Sequence record: OK283619.1
Direction: 5' to 3' (one strand)
DNA from: Escherichia phage LPEK22
Length of the DNA stretch: 64,000 nucleotides
The position numbers and the translations under genes are program-made. This document shows, piece by piece, positions 18,768 to 27,768 of the stretch (positions are counted from its first letter, which is position 1; the number at the start of each line of letters is the position of its first letter). The notes beneath the pieces were generated by a model. It made no database searches and was not told the origin of the DNA. It saw only the letters and a list, made by a program, of their open reading frames with translations.

Positions 18768-19181
18768 TCAATTTGTCCGTTTCAACCATATGGTGTCTGT
18801 TATCGGCTCTGGGTTGTTGACCACATAGAACGTGATGGTTACGCCCAGAGAATGATAATCGTCCGACAATGATACATCAACAGATTGCAATTCAGCTCTT
18901 GGCTCAAAAAGAGCAATGGCATCTTCAACTTTGTTCTTCACGTCGACCTGTATCGTGGGATTTGTGTTTTCTCCCAACATGGTATACAACCCCGCCCCAA
19001 TACTCGGATACGTCGGCCAATCACCTACCGTCGACATTACTATATTACGCACAGATTGTAGTACAGCATAAATGCCTGTTTTCTTAGTGACATCTTTGGT
19101 GACCGGATGCATGCCAAACTTCAGGTCAATGTCCTTGTACTCTTTCATGTTAAACCCCTTTGGATATTGCCTCTCCAGCAC
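18768..19181 (-). CDS. baseplate wedge protein (T4 gp25 / GPW family)
   Basis: 137 aa; pattern ...DWPTYPSIGAGLY...LFEPRAELQSVDVSL...ITFYVVNNPEP parallels T4 gp25 as recalled. Confidence 0.6.
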   Translation of the reverse strand: MLERQYPKGFNMKEYKDIDLKFGMHPVTKDVTKKTGIYAVLQSVRNIVMSTVGDWPTYPSIGAGLYTMLGENTNPTIQVDVKNKVEDAIALFEPRAELQSVDVSLSDDYHSLGVTITFYVVNNPEPITDTIWLKRTN

Positions 19182-19212
19182 GAGAGGGCATTATCTGCCC
19201 TCACCAGTGTAA

Positions 19213-20838
19213 TCATGCGCCTTTACCACCAAAATTGCCGCCGTTATCCTCTAACTCCGGTTTTATATCAATTGGACCTGGGCCTGTAGTTGTTACAGGA
19301 GTTGCCCCCGCACGTGAGGCGGCGCGACCAGCGCCTTCAGCATATTTGATGTTGCCTTCAATAGTCTGCGCCACCGACAACTTATCACAAACTATTTCAC
19401 TAGCCAGTATTTTAGGCACTTTCAAAGTATTGGAAACTTCCAACATTTCACAGATGAGACGCAACACGTTCTGTGCCTGTATCTCAGCCAATTGGGAAAA
19501 TTTCATCAACGCTGTTCCAGCGACCACATTGGAATAGTTAGAAGAGTGTAAGTGGTAAACTTCTCCTTTCTTGCGCTGTACTTCAGTCCCACCAATTGTC
19601 AGGTTATGATCACCCCCCACATAATAACGTTTGTCGAACATCGTCAGGTCATAATGATCTTTGACTGATTTATTAACAACATCACCGTCAGGAAGCATTT
19701 GCTTGTAAGACCCAGAAGAGTGCATCCAATGCAAACGTTCCCCGCCTGGAGTGTCATCGACCTCCATAATATGCCCAGCGCGAGAAGCCATAACATTGTT
19801 GTATGGATAACGAGACCCCCCAGCCGAAGGAACCGATACCTCTCCTGTGTTGTCAATATCCTGAACACGACCAGAAGGAGGCGGTGTTTCTTGGACTTTC
19901 GGGGTACGATCCGGAATAGGTTCAGACCATTTACCATTTTGTTGTGCCGGAGCTGCTGAAGCTGTAGTTGCTGGACCTGGCCAACGATAACCCAACACGG
20001 ATGAGCGGCTAAAACGGCTCACCTTCACAGAATCGGATTGGTTTCCCCCGATACACCAAACGTAGTTGGCGTCAAATTTCTGAACGAATGCAACGTGACC
20101 GAATGTCGGGTTGTTCCCGCGCCGGAACACTACAACAGCGCCGTAACGTGGTTCTGACAGAGGAGACCCCCATTGTAAATATGAACGAGCCAAAGCAGAA
20201 CGTGTTGATGTATATCCGGCCTGTATCAGAACCCATCCGACAAACGACGCACACCAACTAACTTCATCTTCTGACGCCCCCAGGGAAGTTGTCTTATGAT
20301 ATTCCAATATCCTTGGGTTGTTATTGAACTTACCAGAATATTCTTTGACACCCAATTCCCCACGAGCCACGGTCATCCACTTCTCAGGATCATATCCGTC
20401 TACTGGTGGTTGTGGATCCGGTTGCGGTTCATCCTCAATCTTAACAGGAACATTCTCGACGGCATTATACTTCTGCCTTTCTATAGATTGAACGACCTGA
20501 CCCAGCGCCAATGGGTTTGTATCTGACCCATCTGTTGGTGTTGCTGCTGGCCATACCCATGCAATACGGATGTTCTGATATGCTTCATCCAAAGCAAACC
20601 CCATGACGTCAGAGCCGACAGTGATACCCGTCGGAGACCAGCCTAAACCTGCCGAGGAGGCGTTAGATGCTGGCATAAGCATTTTACCCCAAGGCAATAA
20701 TTCGGTAGGCAGGAGAGTGGTATCCTCCGTGTGTACCCCATAGATGCGTACTGCGACGCGCCCGTTTTGATCGGGATCATTCACGTCTTCAACGCGCCCG
20801 TAAAACCAACGCAAGTTGTCTAACATATTGAAACCCAT
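19213..20838 (-). CDS. baseplate hub / cell-puncturing protein (gp5-like) with internal Cys/His peptidoglycan-hydrolase-like domain
   Basis: N-terminal gp5 OB-domain signature WFYGRVEDVNDPDQNGRVAVRIYGVH...LPWG; central SWCASFVGWVL...FGHVAFVQ (CHAP / NlpC-P60-like). Confidence 0.6.
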   Translation of the reverse strand: MGFNMLDNLRWFYGRVEDVNDPDQNGRVAVRIYGVHTEDTTLLPTELLPWGKMLMPASNASSAGLGWSPTGITVGSDVMGFALDEAYQNIRIAWVWPAATPTDGSDTNPLALGQVVQSIERQKYNAVENVPVKIEDEPQPDPQPPVDGYDPEKWMTVARGELGVKEYSGKFNNNPRILEYHKTTSLGASEDEVSWCASFVGWVLIQAGYTSTRSALARSYLQWGSPLSEPRYGAVVVFRRGNNPTFGHVAFVQKFDANYVWCIGGNQSDSVKVSRFSRSSVLGYRWPGPATTASAAPAQQNGKWSEPIPDRTPKVQETPPPSGRVQDIDNTGEVSVPSAGGSRYPYNNVMASRAGHIMEVDDTPGGERLHWMHSSGSYKQMLPDGDVVNKSVKDHYDLTMFDKRYYVGGDHNLTIGGTEVQRKKGEVYHLHSSNYSNVVAGTALMKFSQLAEIQAQNVLRLICEMLEVSNTLKVPKILASEIVCDKLSVAQTIEGNIKYAEGAGRAASRAGATPVTTTGPGPIDIKPELEDNGGNFGGKGA

Positions 20839-20892
20839 TAGTCAATTAGAATCATGTGATATTTATGGCGGGGATTTGAAATCTGTCGAATA

Positions 20893-20925
20893 ATATATTA
20901 TAGGAAGCTCTGCTTCCGTTCAACC
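20893..20925 (-). promoter_or_regulatory. candidate promoter for gp5-like gene with palindrome in spacer
   Basis: Minus strand TTGAAC-GGAAGCAGAGCTTCC-TATAAT about 45-75 nt upstream of ATG 20838. Confidence 0.35.
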
Positions 20926-21165
20926 TTTATTCTTTTCGTTCCTACTCGCTGAAGCTCGTAACACCGCCTTGACAGGCAGTCCCATTCCAATGCCATGGAG
21001 GCATAAAGGCGAGGAAAATACTGTACACCTCAGAACATGCGTAGAAAAGGATTATTTTTGCTTCAAAACAAATTCAAACCCCAATTACACAACACTTACT
21101 TCAGCAACAACGGTGTTATAGCAATTTAAGGTTAAACGTTCCTGTCTTAACCTATAAAACAGGTA

Positions 21166-21193
21166 AGCAAAGAAAACCCCACATTACGTGGGG
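21166..21193 (-). terminator. rho-independent terminator (minus strand)
   Basis: Minus strand CCCCAC-loop-GTGGGG followed by TTTTCTTTG. Confidence 0.55.
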
Positions 21194-21344
21194 TTGGAAG
21201 ATTTCTTAGACAATCTAATTTTCAGTGTCTCGGTAAGCAAATCAAGATGCCACGGCATCGATTCACTGATTTCAAATATGCTATAGCCGTGTGCCTTTAA
21301 TTCGTCACACATCACAAAATAGGAGAGTAAATCAATTTCAAAAA

Positions 21345-22151
21345 TTAAATGAAAATCTCGGTGACACTGTTAAATTTGACTTCGTGTTCTTTCCCACACG
21401 AAGGGCATTTAATTTTTGTCGCGTAACGAATACGCGGAATCTTTTTAAAGAAATCATTCGAAATGTCCTGAACAATCTCAGATTCAATATTGTCCCCGAC
21501 CCATTTGACAAATTCATCCTTAATGCGTTGGCGTTCTTTAGCAACTTCTGGATCGATACCAGGTTCAGCCGGATTTTCCACCTTCCAAACCTGACCATCG
21601 TCGTCATACAGACAATCGATAAAGGTGGCAATCATTTGTTCAACAGAGGATGCTTCATTAAGCACTGAGGCATCCGAGAAGGACGGCTGGCGCATCTTTA
21701 TATGATAACCACCTGGTAGATCAAACGTCTCCCTGAAGCCTTCTGGGGACACGCATTTTACCTGATTGAGCGGGATCGGTAACACAAGCTCTTGACCACA
21801 ATCTTTAAGGCCAGAAACTGGTTCTTCACCACCTTCATTGGTTTCGGCTTGAACTTTGTTATTACATTTGTAACGTATCTTCATGACCTCGCCGATAGAT
21901 ATACAGCGCATCTTTAAAAATACTTCTTCAGTAACACCGATTGGCAGTTTACTAAAGGGAACGCCAGCATCAACACAACTGTCAAATAGTTGCTCCAATG
22001 TTGCCACGCGCTCACTCATAGGAGTGTTCGGATCAGCAACCTGAAGTAACATGGTCTGTTGCCCTGCTGTAAAGGCGCGGTATTTGATCACAGTCGGCCA
22101 GAAATCACTTTTATGTGTTCTCTCAGTTTTGGGCAATGATGGTAAATTCAT
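21345..22151 (-). CDS. late-expressed hypothetical structural protein with C-terminal zinc ribbon (possibly baseplate-associated)
   Basis: Exact TATAAATA late-promoter box about 28 nt upstream of ATG plus GGAGA SD; C-terminal CPSCGKEH; adjacent to gp5-like gene. Confidence 0.5.
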   Translation of the reverse strand: MNLPSLPKTERTHKSDFWPTVIKYRAFTAGQQTMLLQVADPNTPMSERVATLEQLFDSCVDAGVPFSKLPIGVTEEVFLKMRCISIGEVMKIRYKCNNKVQAETNEGGEEPVSGLKDCGQELVLPIPLNQVKCVSPEGFRETFDLPGGYHIKMRQPSFSDASVLNEASSVEQMIATFIDCLYDDDGQVWKVENPAEPGIDPEVAKERQRIKDEFVKWVGDNIESEIVQDISNDFFKKIPRIRYATKIKCPSCGKEHEVKFNSVTEIFI

Positions 22152-22179
22152 AATGTATCTCCACGGTATATTGTAATTG

Positions 22180-22187
22180 TATTTATA
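22180..22187 (-). promoter_or_regulatory. T4-type late promoter box TATAAATA
   Basis: Exact TATAAATA on minus strand about 28 nt upstream of ATG of gene 21345..22151, with GGAGA SD between. Confidence 0.55.
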
Positions 22188-22200
22188 ACGAGGACTGAAA

Positions 22201-22725
22201 ATGCACGCGTTCTGTTTCAGTAAAGTGGGGGAGCAACTCGCAATTAATTATCCGGATGCAAACACGGACTTTTTTGTATTACTCACAGATTTTGCAAATA
22301 AATTGGGGATAAAGAATGTCGCCATGACCGTGTCCGATATGAAATTCGGGTGGCTGGGAGTTAAAGATTTATTGAATTATGGATTCAATGTGATTATCGT
22401 TGATCCAACGTACAGCCCAATTGACGAGGAAGATGTTATTCCAGTTTGGGTTCAACGAGACATAAACACTCTGGATAAGCATTATCCCGATTGTGTCATC
22501 ATTGGCGAATTAATACCGTATTTTCATAAACGTCGTCGCCTTGAAACAATTAAAAGTTATTTTCAAGATAATGATTGTGGATATAAAATGGATGTCCTTA
22601 CGAGCGGTTGGGTTGTGAAGAATACCACAGGCAATGCCGACCGAATTACTTCTCGTCTTTATGAATATGTTAAAGAACGGGATTATGAACTGGAGAACAA
22701 TAATGCCAAACGTAGAACGCGCTGA
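22201..22725 (+). CDS. hypothetical protein (174 aa)
   Basis: ORF with GAGGA SD. Confidence 0.45.
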   Translation: MHAFCFSKVGEQLAINYPDANTDFFVLLTDFANKLGIKNVAMTVSDMKFGWLGVKDLLNYGFNVIIVDPTYSPIDEEDVIPVWVQRDINTLDKHYPDCVIIGELIPYFHKRRRLETIKSYFQDNDCGYKMDVLTSGWVVKNTTGNADRITSRLYEYVKERDYELENNNAKRRTR

Positions 22726-23188
22726 TATTCAGCAGGTACAAGACGTCATCCTTCAACGCCTTCGCGCTGTGATCACAAATGAAAAGGGAGAAATTGCGCC
22801 AGGGTTTGAAGGCGCATTCGACGGTTTCGTTGCTGATGATCAGGGGAACCCCGTTGTACAAACGATCGCTGGCATGATTATGCTGAATAGCGAATTTATG
22901 GCTGATGGTAAAATCCATTATTCACCCAATCTCAGTGTTGACGGAGAATCTTTGGCTTCCGAAGTGGTTGATTTAACGGTTGCCGTTGGTGAGTTGGGTT
23001 ATGTTTTGATGGTTTGCACCGCGCATTATGTGGACGCCAACGGCCATGTGTCATATGGTGATGAAGCGCGGGGGATCAAACGTCATGTGGACACTTCTGC
23101 ATTACTGCAACAGATACGTCAGATGCAAGAAGAAATGGACTCCAAACCTCGCCTGATTTTACCGGAAAGCAAAATCGTCACCAGATAA
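22703..23188 (+). CDS. hypothetical protein (161 aa); start at internal ATG with GGAGA SD
   Basis: ORF overlapping upstream gene by 23 nt. Confidence 0.45.
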   Translation: MPNVERADIQQVQDVILQRLRAVITNEKGEIAPGFEGAFDGFVADDQGNPVVQTIAGMIMLNSEFMADGKIHYSPNLSVDGESLASEVVDLTVAVGELGYVLMVCTAHYVDANGHVSYGDEARGIKRHVDTSALLQQIRQMQEEMDSKPRLILPESKIVTR

Positions 23189-23237
23189 TCCGGTCTAAAT
23201 ACCCATAACACAATGAAACTTCGTTATGGGTATTTTT

Positions 23238-23837
23238 ATGAAATTTTGCGGAATCGACTATTCTTACGGCTGTCCAGCCATGTGCTTCTGGGACGACAAA
23301 GATCCTCTGGATTTTGATCATCTTCATTTCTATGCACATCATACCGTTGAGAAGCACTGTCGTCAAGTGCGACACAATATTCTTATTTTACGTCAACCCA
23401 AATATGAATCCCCCGAAGAACGGTTTTATAACATTTCCAAATGGGCTGAAGCCGTACTTCTTACAGAGAAGCCGGATTTCATCACCCTAGAAGGCTATGC
23501 TATGGGGAATTCAAAAAACTCCAACAACATATGCCAAACCGCCGAGAACACATCTCTATTGAAACAAGCGATGCGCCGTAACAATATGGAATTTCAGATT
23601 GTTACCCCGTCTTTTGTTAAGAAACATTTTTGTGGTAAAGGAAATGCCGACAAATTGGTCATGATAGATCACTTTGAGAAGCTGTTCAACGTTAAGATGC
23701 GCGGTATAATGGACATGTTGGATGTGAAGGATCCAAAGCCAATCGATGACCTCGTGGATTCGTTTGCAAATATGGTTTCTGGTCCTTACTTCATAGAAAA
23801 TTATCCTGATTTCAATAGAGGTGTAAGAAATGATTAA
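23238..23837 (+). CDS. RuvC-like Holliday junction resolvase (putative)
   Basis: N-terminus MKFCGIDYSYG (RuvC-like GIDxG), ITLEGYAMG, GKGNADKLVMID; start choice uncertain (23226 or 23238). Confidence 0.45.
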   Translation: MKFCGIDYSYGCPAMCFWDDKDPLDFDHLHFYAHHTVEKHCRQVRHNILILRQPKYESPEERFYNISKWAEAVLLTEKPDFITLEGYAMGNSKNSNNICQTAENTSLLKQAMRRNNMEFQIVTPSFVKKHFCGKGNADKLVMIDHFEKLFNVKMRGIMDMLDVKDPKPIDDLVDSFANMVSGPYFIENYPDFNRGVRND

Positions 23838-24126
23838 TTACTGGCTGCTGGCAGATATACTGCTTTTCGCCTTGCTGTTGATGACGGCGTTTGTTTGGAT
23901 TAAGGGATTCTTGACATTCCTTCATTCATTAAGTGCCATGGTATCTTTCTATGCGGTTTCGCCACATAGTGACGTCAATGTAAGAGCTGCAAATCAATCT
24001 GATATGTTGGCCGAATATGTTTTGCTGCGTGATAAAGCAAGCAGGATTGTCCTGTTTTCTACGCTGGTGGGAGCAGTTATTATATTTCTACGACACGTAT
24101 TGGAGGCGATTCATGCCGTTTTATGA
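23830..24126 (+). CDS. small membrane protein (98 aa)
   Basis: Hydrophobic segments LLADILLFALLLMTAFVWI and VLFSTLVGAVIIFL. Confidence 0.4.
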   Translation: MINYWLLADILLFALLLMTAFVWIKGFLTFLHSLSAMVSFYAVSPHSDVNVRAANQSDMLAEYVLLRDKASRIVLFSTLVGAVIIFLRHVLEAIHAVL

Positions 24127-24358
24127 TTATGCCTGTACAGGTTGTGGAAATTCGTTTAGTGCTCGAAAATCTTGTGCTGAACGTCATACACCTGAATTAG
24201 AGCCATGTTCTGAATGTGGCGGTGAAATAAAAATGATTATTGGAGCACCAAAGATCGTATCTGGTGTTCGTGGTCCTCAGTCCGCGCCTGATGGCTTCAA
24301 AGACGTTTTGCGTCATATTAAGAAGCAATCAGGGAAGGGGAATACAATCGATGTCTGA
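24113..24358 (+). CDS. FmdB-family zinc-ribbon protein
   Basis: MPFYDYACTGCGNSF...CSECGG pattern. Confidence 0.55.
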   Translation: MPFYDYACTGCGNSFSARKSCAERHTPELEPCSECGGEIKMIIGAPKIVSGVRGPQSAPDGFKDVLRHIKKQSGKGNTIDV

Positions 24359-24593
24359 TCAACAAATAGCACAAGTGCTCACACCAGATTCTTTTTCCGA
24401 ATTGGTGTTGATGAGAGCAAGCCAACGCAAGGAATCAATCCTTGAAACGATGGCCAGTGTTTGTGAAGAGTATGACATCGAAGAAGCAAAGGTCAAAAAA
24501 TTGATCACGCCTCCTCTTTTGTCAAGGCTAACAGCTGAATGTTCTGATGCTCGGTTGTTGAAGGGTGAATTGAAATCTAAAAAACTCATTTAA
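24351..24593 (+). CDS. hypothetical protein (80 aa)
   Basis: ORF, internal start with overlap to upstream gene. Confidence 0.4.
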   Translation: MSDQQIAQVLTPDSFSELVLMRASQRKESILETMASVCEEYDIEEAKVKKLITPPLLSRLTAECSDARLLKGELKSKKLI

Positions 24594-24602
24594 GGTTGTA
24601 AC

Positions 24603-24842
24603 ATGAGCAAAGAGCAAATCTATAAAATGTTGAAGGCGCAAGAGTATCTGCCAGGTTCTATCCGCTGGCGTCACGGTAGCCTCAATGAACATGCTGATGA
24701 TATGGATCGTGTACGTTACACGACGCCGGAAGGTAAATCCTATGTCATCGAATACCATACATTCTTGGAAGGACACAAAACCTTCTCGGATGTGTACGAC
24801 ATTATTGAAATAGACCCAGCAAAACAAATGATTGCGGGTTAA
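24603..24842 (+). CDS. hypothetical protein (79 aa)
   Basis: ORF. Confidence 0.4.
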   Translation: MSKEQIYKMLKAQEYLPGSIRWRHGSLNEHADDMDRVRYTTPEGKSYVIEYHTFLEGHKTFSDVYDIIEIDPAKQMIAG

Positions 24843-24938
24843 CTCAATAGCAAAACGCAGTATAATTACACCGTCGGAATAATTGACAAATACATTTACA
24901 GAATAGCCCGAAGGGGCGGATTATAGAGGAATATTAAA

Positions 24939-25976
24939 ATGGGTAATTTATTTGATCGTCTTAAACAATCTCGTGGCCAACAAGCCGAAGCTATGCAACA
25001 GCGACTCGCTCAGCAAGGCCAGCGTGTTGGTGGCGGTCGTGACCCACGCATCTGGAAGTGGACCTGGAATGATAAGGGTACTTCTGAAAACATCATTCGT
25101 TTCCTGTCGATCCCTTTGGTGGACATGAAGGCTAAAGAAGAAGGCACCATCCCTGAAGATGCTGTGTTAACTCCGTGTGCCATGATCATGAAACACGCAT
25201 TCCAGGGCGCTGGTGGTTGGTATATCGAAAACTCTCCTCAGACTTTCGGTAACGATGATCCTGTTCGTGACCATGACCGTCCTCTGTGGGCACAACAGAA
25301 AGAAACGAATGATGAAAAGCTGAAAACAGTTCTCAAAAAACGTCTGCCGGACACCAAATACTACGCCAACATCCTGGTGATCAAAGATGGCAACAATCCG
25401 GAAAACAACGGCAAGGTCTTCTTGCTTGAGTTCGGTAATGCCGTCAAGAAAATCCTGGATTCGGCTCAGAATCCTAAGTTCTCAACTGACCCTAAATTCG
25501 ACCCGTTCGATATGTGGGAAGGCGCGAACCTGATTCTGAACCTCTTTGGTGAAGAGAAAGAGTTCGGAAACTGGAAAGGTCTGGTGGCCAACTTCACCAA
25601 TGTGAAGTGGGATAGTCCGGCACCGCTGGGAACCGACGAATACATTGAAGAGATCTGGGAAAAAGAGCACAGCTTGTTTGAGTTCTTTAATCCGGCCAAC
25701 TTCAAATCGTACGAAGATCTGGAAAAACGTTTGCGCAAAGTTCTGGCCATCCCTGATAATCAGCCTCTGGTTGAAGGTGGTGCTTCTACTATGGCACATG
25801 CGCCTACCCAGTCTCAGGAACCCCAGCGCCCGACAGCGCAGGAAAGTCTGAACCAACAACAATCTCAGCCTTCTAATGCACAGCAATCTGTTCCAGCCAA
25901 TAATGGTGGTGCGGGTGCCGATGCGAAACAGACGGCTTCCATTGATGAGTTCGAGCAGTTCCTGAAGCAAGACTAA
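24939..25976 (+). CDS. single-stranded DNA-binding protein (T4 gp32-like)
   Basis: Collinear with T4 gp32 as recalled: IRFLSIPL, WYIENS, YYANILVIKD, PENNGKVF, DMWEGANLIL, SYEDLEKRLRKVL; acidic C-terminal tail; strong terminator downstream. Confidence 0.85.
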   Translation: MGNLFDRLKQSRGQQAEAMQQRLAQQGQRVGGGRDPRIWKWTWNDKGTSENIIRFLSIPLVDMKAKEEGTIPEDAVLTPCAMIMKHAFQGAGGWYIENSPQTFGNDDPVRDHDRPLWAQQKETNDEKLKTVLKKRLPDTKYYANILVIKDGNNPENNGKVFLLEFGNAVKKILDSAQNPKFSTDPKFDPFDMWEGANLILNLFGEEKEFGNWKGLVANFTNVKWDSPAPLGTDEYIEEIWEKEHSLFEFFNPANFKSYEDLEKRLRKVLAIPDNQPLVEGGASTMAHAPTQSQEPQRPTAQESLNQQQSQPSNAQQSVPANNGGAGADAKQTASIDEFEQFLKQD

Positions 25977-25984
25977 TTTCACTA

Positions 25985-26011
25985 AAGCCCCTTCGGGGGC
26001 TTTTTAGTTTT
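25985..26011 (+). terminator. strong rho-independent terminator after gp32 gene (likely bidirectional)
   Basis: AAGCCCC-TTCG-GGGGCTT followed by TTTTAGTTTTT. Confidence 0.75.
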
Positions 26012-26948
26012 TAACGACGTCCTGCAACAATCCGAGTAAACTACTCTTCTCAGACGCCGTCAGGTTATCATTGCCTAATATATCCCTCTGGATGCCGATA
26101 GAGATCCTTTCGAAGTCTGCCAGGCTGATACCCGCCAAATTATTTACAAGCTGATCGAGTTGCTTGTAGGCCAGTAGGGCTTCACCTGTAAAGTTTCCTT
26201 CCTTAATCTTTTTATACAGCTGTCCGGCTTTTGACGCTGCGGTTTCCCAATCTCCGGAAGCAAGAGCATCAGCAATGCCCAAAGGAAGAAAGTCGCTGGC
26301 GAGGCTGCGCGTTTCATATTCAGTCTCCGATAATACTTTATTGTAAGAGAACGATATATTGTACTGGTTAAATTGGTCGGCGGCACTTTTGTCTAGGTCG
26401 ATGGAACTGAAGTTAATAGGATGAGCCTCAGTCACATAAACGCGATGAACAACCTGATCTTCCGTATCCATCTGCTCTATACAAATGTCTGTAACGAAGT
26501 CTTCATAATAACCCATCTTGGTTGTGTATGGGTCGAATATCAGGTTCTTCCATTTGTCCATGACCGACTTTTCATAATAATCGTTGGCGAGGAGGAACGA
26601 CAACTCCAGATCAACGTTCGTCTTGTTATTTGGCATTTTAATGTGGTTGCCGTTGTTGGTCATGGGAGTAGTGTCAATCCCTGTACCAGGTAAAGATGCG
26701 ACCATACACATCATTTGTAAGGAACGAGACGTCTGGTTTGTCCCTCCAAAGAAAGCGTTTACAATACGGGCGCTTTGTTTGAACAGATCCCCAAATGATG
26801 AAGATGAAGGATATGCGTTCCCATCATTTGCTAGTGTTGCATTGGAATCAAATATTCCAGGCGGCAACGGAATTGTAACACGAAATCTGTTCTTGCGGGA
26901 AATACCCCGTTGAAGCAGTTGCGTTAGAAAATTGCGATAGTCTTCCAC
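26004..26948 (-). CDS. hypothetical protein; start uncertain (GTG at 26948 with GGAG SD proposed; ORF-track start at 27143 would overlap divergent gene)
   Basis: C-terminal two thirds look protein-like; N-terminal part of the track ORF is antisense to gene at 27003. Confidence 0.4.
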   Translation of the reverse strand: MEDYRNFLTQLLQRGISRKNRFRVTIPLPPGIFDSNATLANDGNAYPSSSSFGDLFKQSARIVNAFFGGTNQTSRSLQMMCMVASLPGTGIDTTPMTNNGNHIKMPNNKTNVDLELSFLLANDYYEKSVMDKWKNLIFDPYTTKMGYYEDFVTDICIEQMDTEDQVVHRVYVTEAHPINFSSIDLDKSAADQFNQYNISFSYNKVLSETEYETRSLASDFLPLGIADALASGDWETAASKAGQLYKKIKEGNFTGEALLAYKQLDQLVNNLAGISLADFERISIGIQRDILGNDNLTASEKSSLLGLLQDVVKN

Positions 26949-27002
26949 GATGAGGACTCCATTTAAATAATATATCTGTTGATATTTATAAGGAGTTGAC
27001 AA

Positions 27003-27707
27003 ATGGCTAAGAACGCTATGGGTGAAGAAGACCCGTTGTTGCTTCCCGCCGAGATGGACGCCCCAGAACTGGTCAAGCGTTACATCCGCAAATATCGTCA
27101 ACATTTTGGGCCGGAAGCGAAGCGTAATATTCGTCGTTCTCATGTATGGTTTATGGAGCGCGTATCGAAAGATGCCAATTTATCCCCCAACCACATGATG
27201 AAGGCGTTTGCTGAAAATAAACGTCCTGTCCAGGGTGTGCGCTATATTGTTGGTCGCATGTATTATTTCAAATATGATGCGCTGACCAAAGATGAACTCC
27301 CGTATTGGGATATGTATCCCCTGGTATTCTTCTTCAATTTTGTGAAGGGGGACGGGGTGAAATTCGGTGAACGTGGTGTAACCTATCTTTATGGTCTAAA
27401 CCTCCATTATTTACCGCCTAAACTCAGATTGTTGGTGTTTGAAGATCTTATCAAGTTGAGGAACGAAAGAGCGTACCGTTCTAAAACTCGTTTGAGACTT
27501 ACTTGGGATGCCCTGAAACGGTTCGCCAATCACCCTCTGTACAACCATTGTGTGAAACTGTACCGCGCTGATCAATTTCGTTCACAGCTTTATGAGATTG
27601 AGCCTCAATACTGGGAAGTTGTTTTGTTTATGCGCACTGCTCGATTCCAGAAACAGAGCCAGATGTCTGTTTGGAAAGACGCTCGTCGTAAACACAAAAA
27701 TGGTTAG
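27003..27707 (+). CDS. hypothetical protein (234 aa)
   Basis: ORF with AAGGAG SD. Confidence 0.5.
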   Translation: MAKNAMGEEDPLLLPAEMDAPELVKRYIRKYRQHFGPEAKRNIRRSHVWFMERVSKDANLSPNHMMKAFAENKRPVQGVRYIVGRMYYFKYDALTKDELPYWDMYPLVFFFNFVKGDGVKFGERGVTYLYGLNLHYLPPKLRLLVFEDLIKLRNERAYRSKTRLRLTWDALKRFANHPLYNHCVKLYRADQFRSQLYEIEPQYWEVVLFMRTARFQKQSQMSVWKDARRKHKNG

Positions 27708-27712
27708 TTCTA

Positions 27713-27750
27713 AAAGCCGTTCTATGGGATAATTCGCGAACGGCTTTCTA
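27713..27750 (+). terminator. terminator-like hairpin
   Basis: AAAGCCGTTC / GAACGGCTTT stem, weak T tract. Confidence 0.4.
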
Positions 27751-27768
27751 TAAACATGAGGTTATGAT

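Noticed and set aside
20940-21170. Possible tRNA or small RNA gene in the long intergenic region
   Set aside because: No T-loop (GTTCGAATC-like) or cloverleaf could be recognised by eye on either strand; left as an open question
26421-26913. Plus-strand ORFs 26421..26693 and 26584..26913
   Set aside because: Overlap the more protein-like minus-strand gene 26004..26948; no ribosome-binding sites
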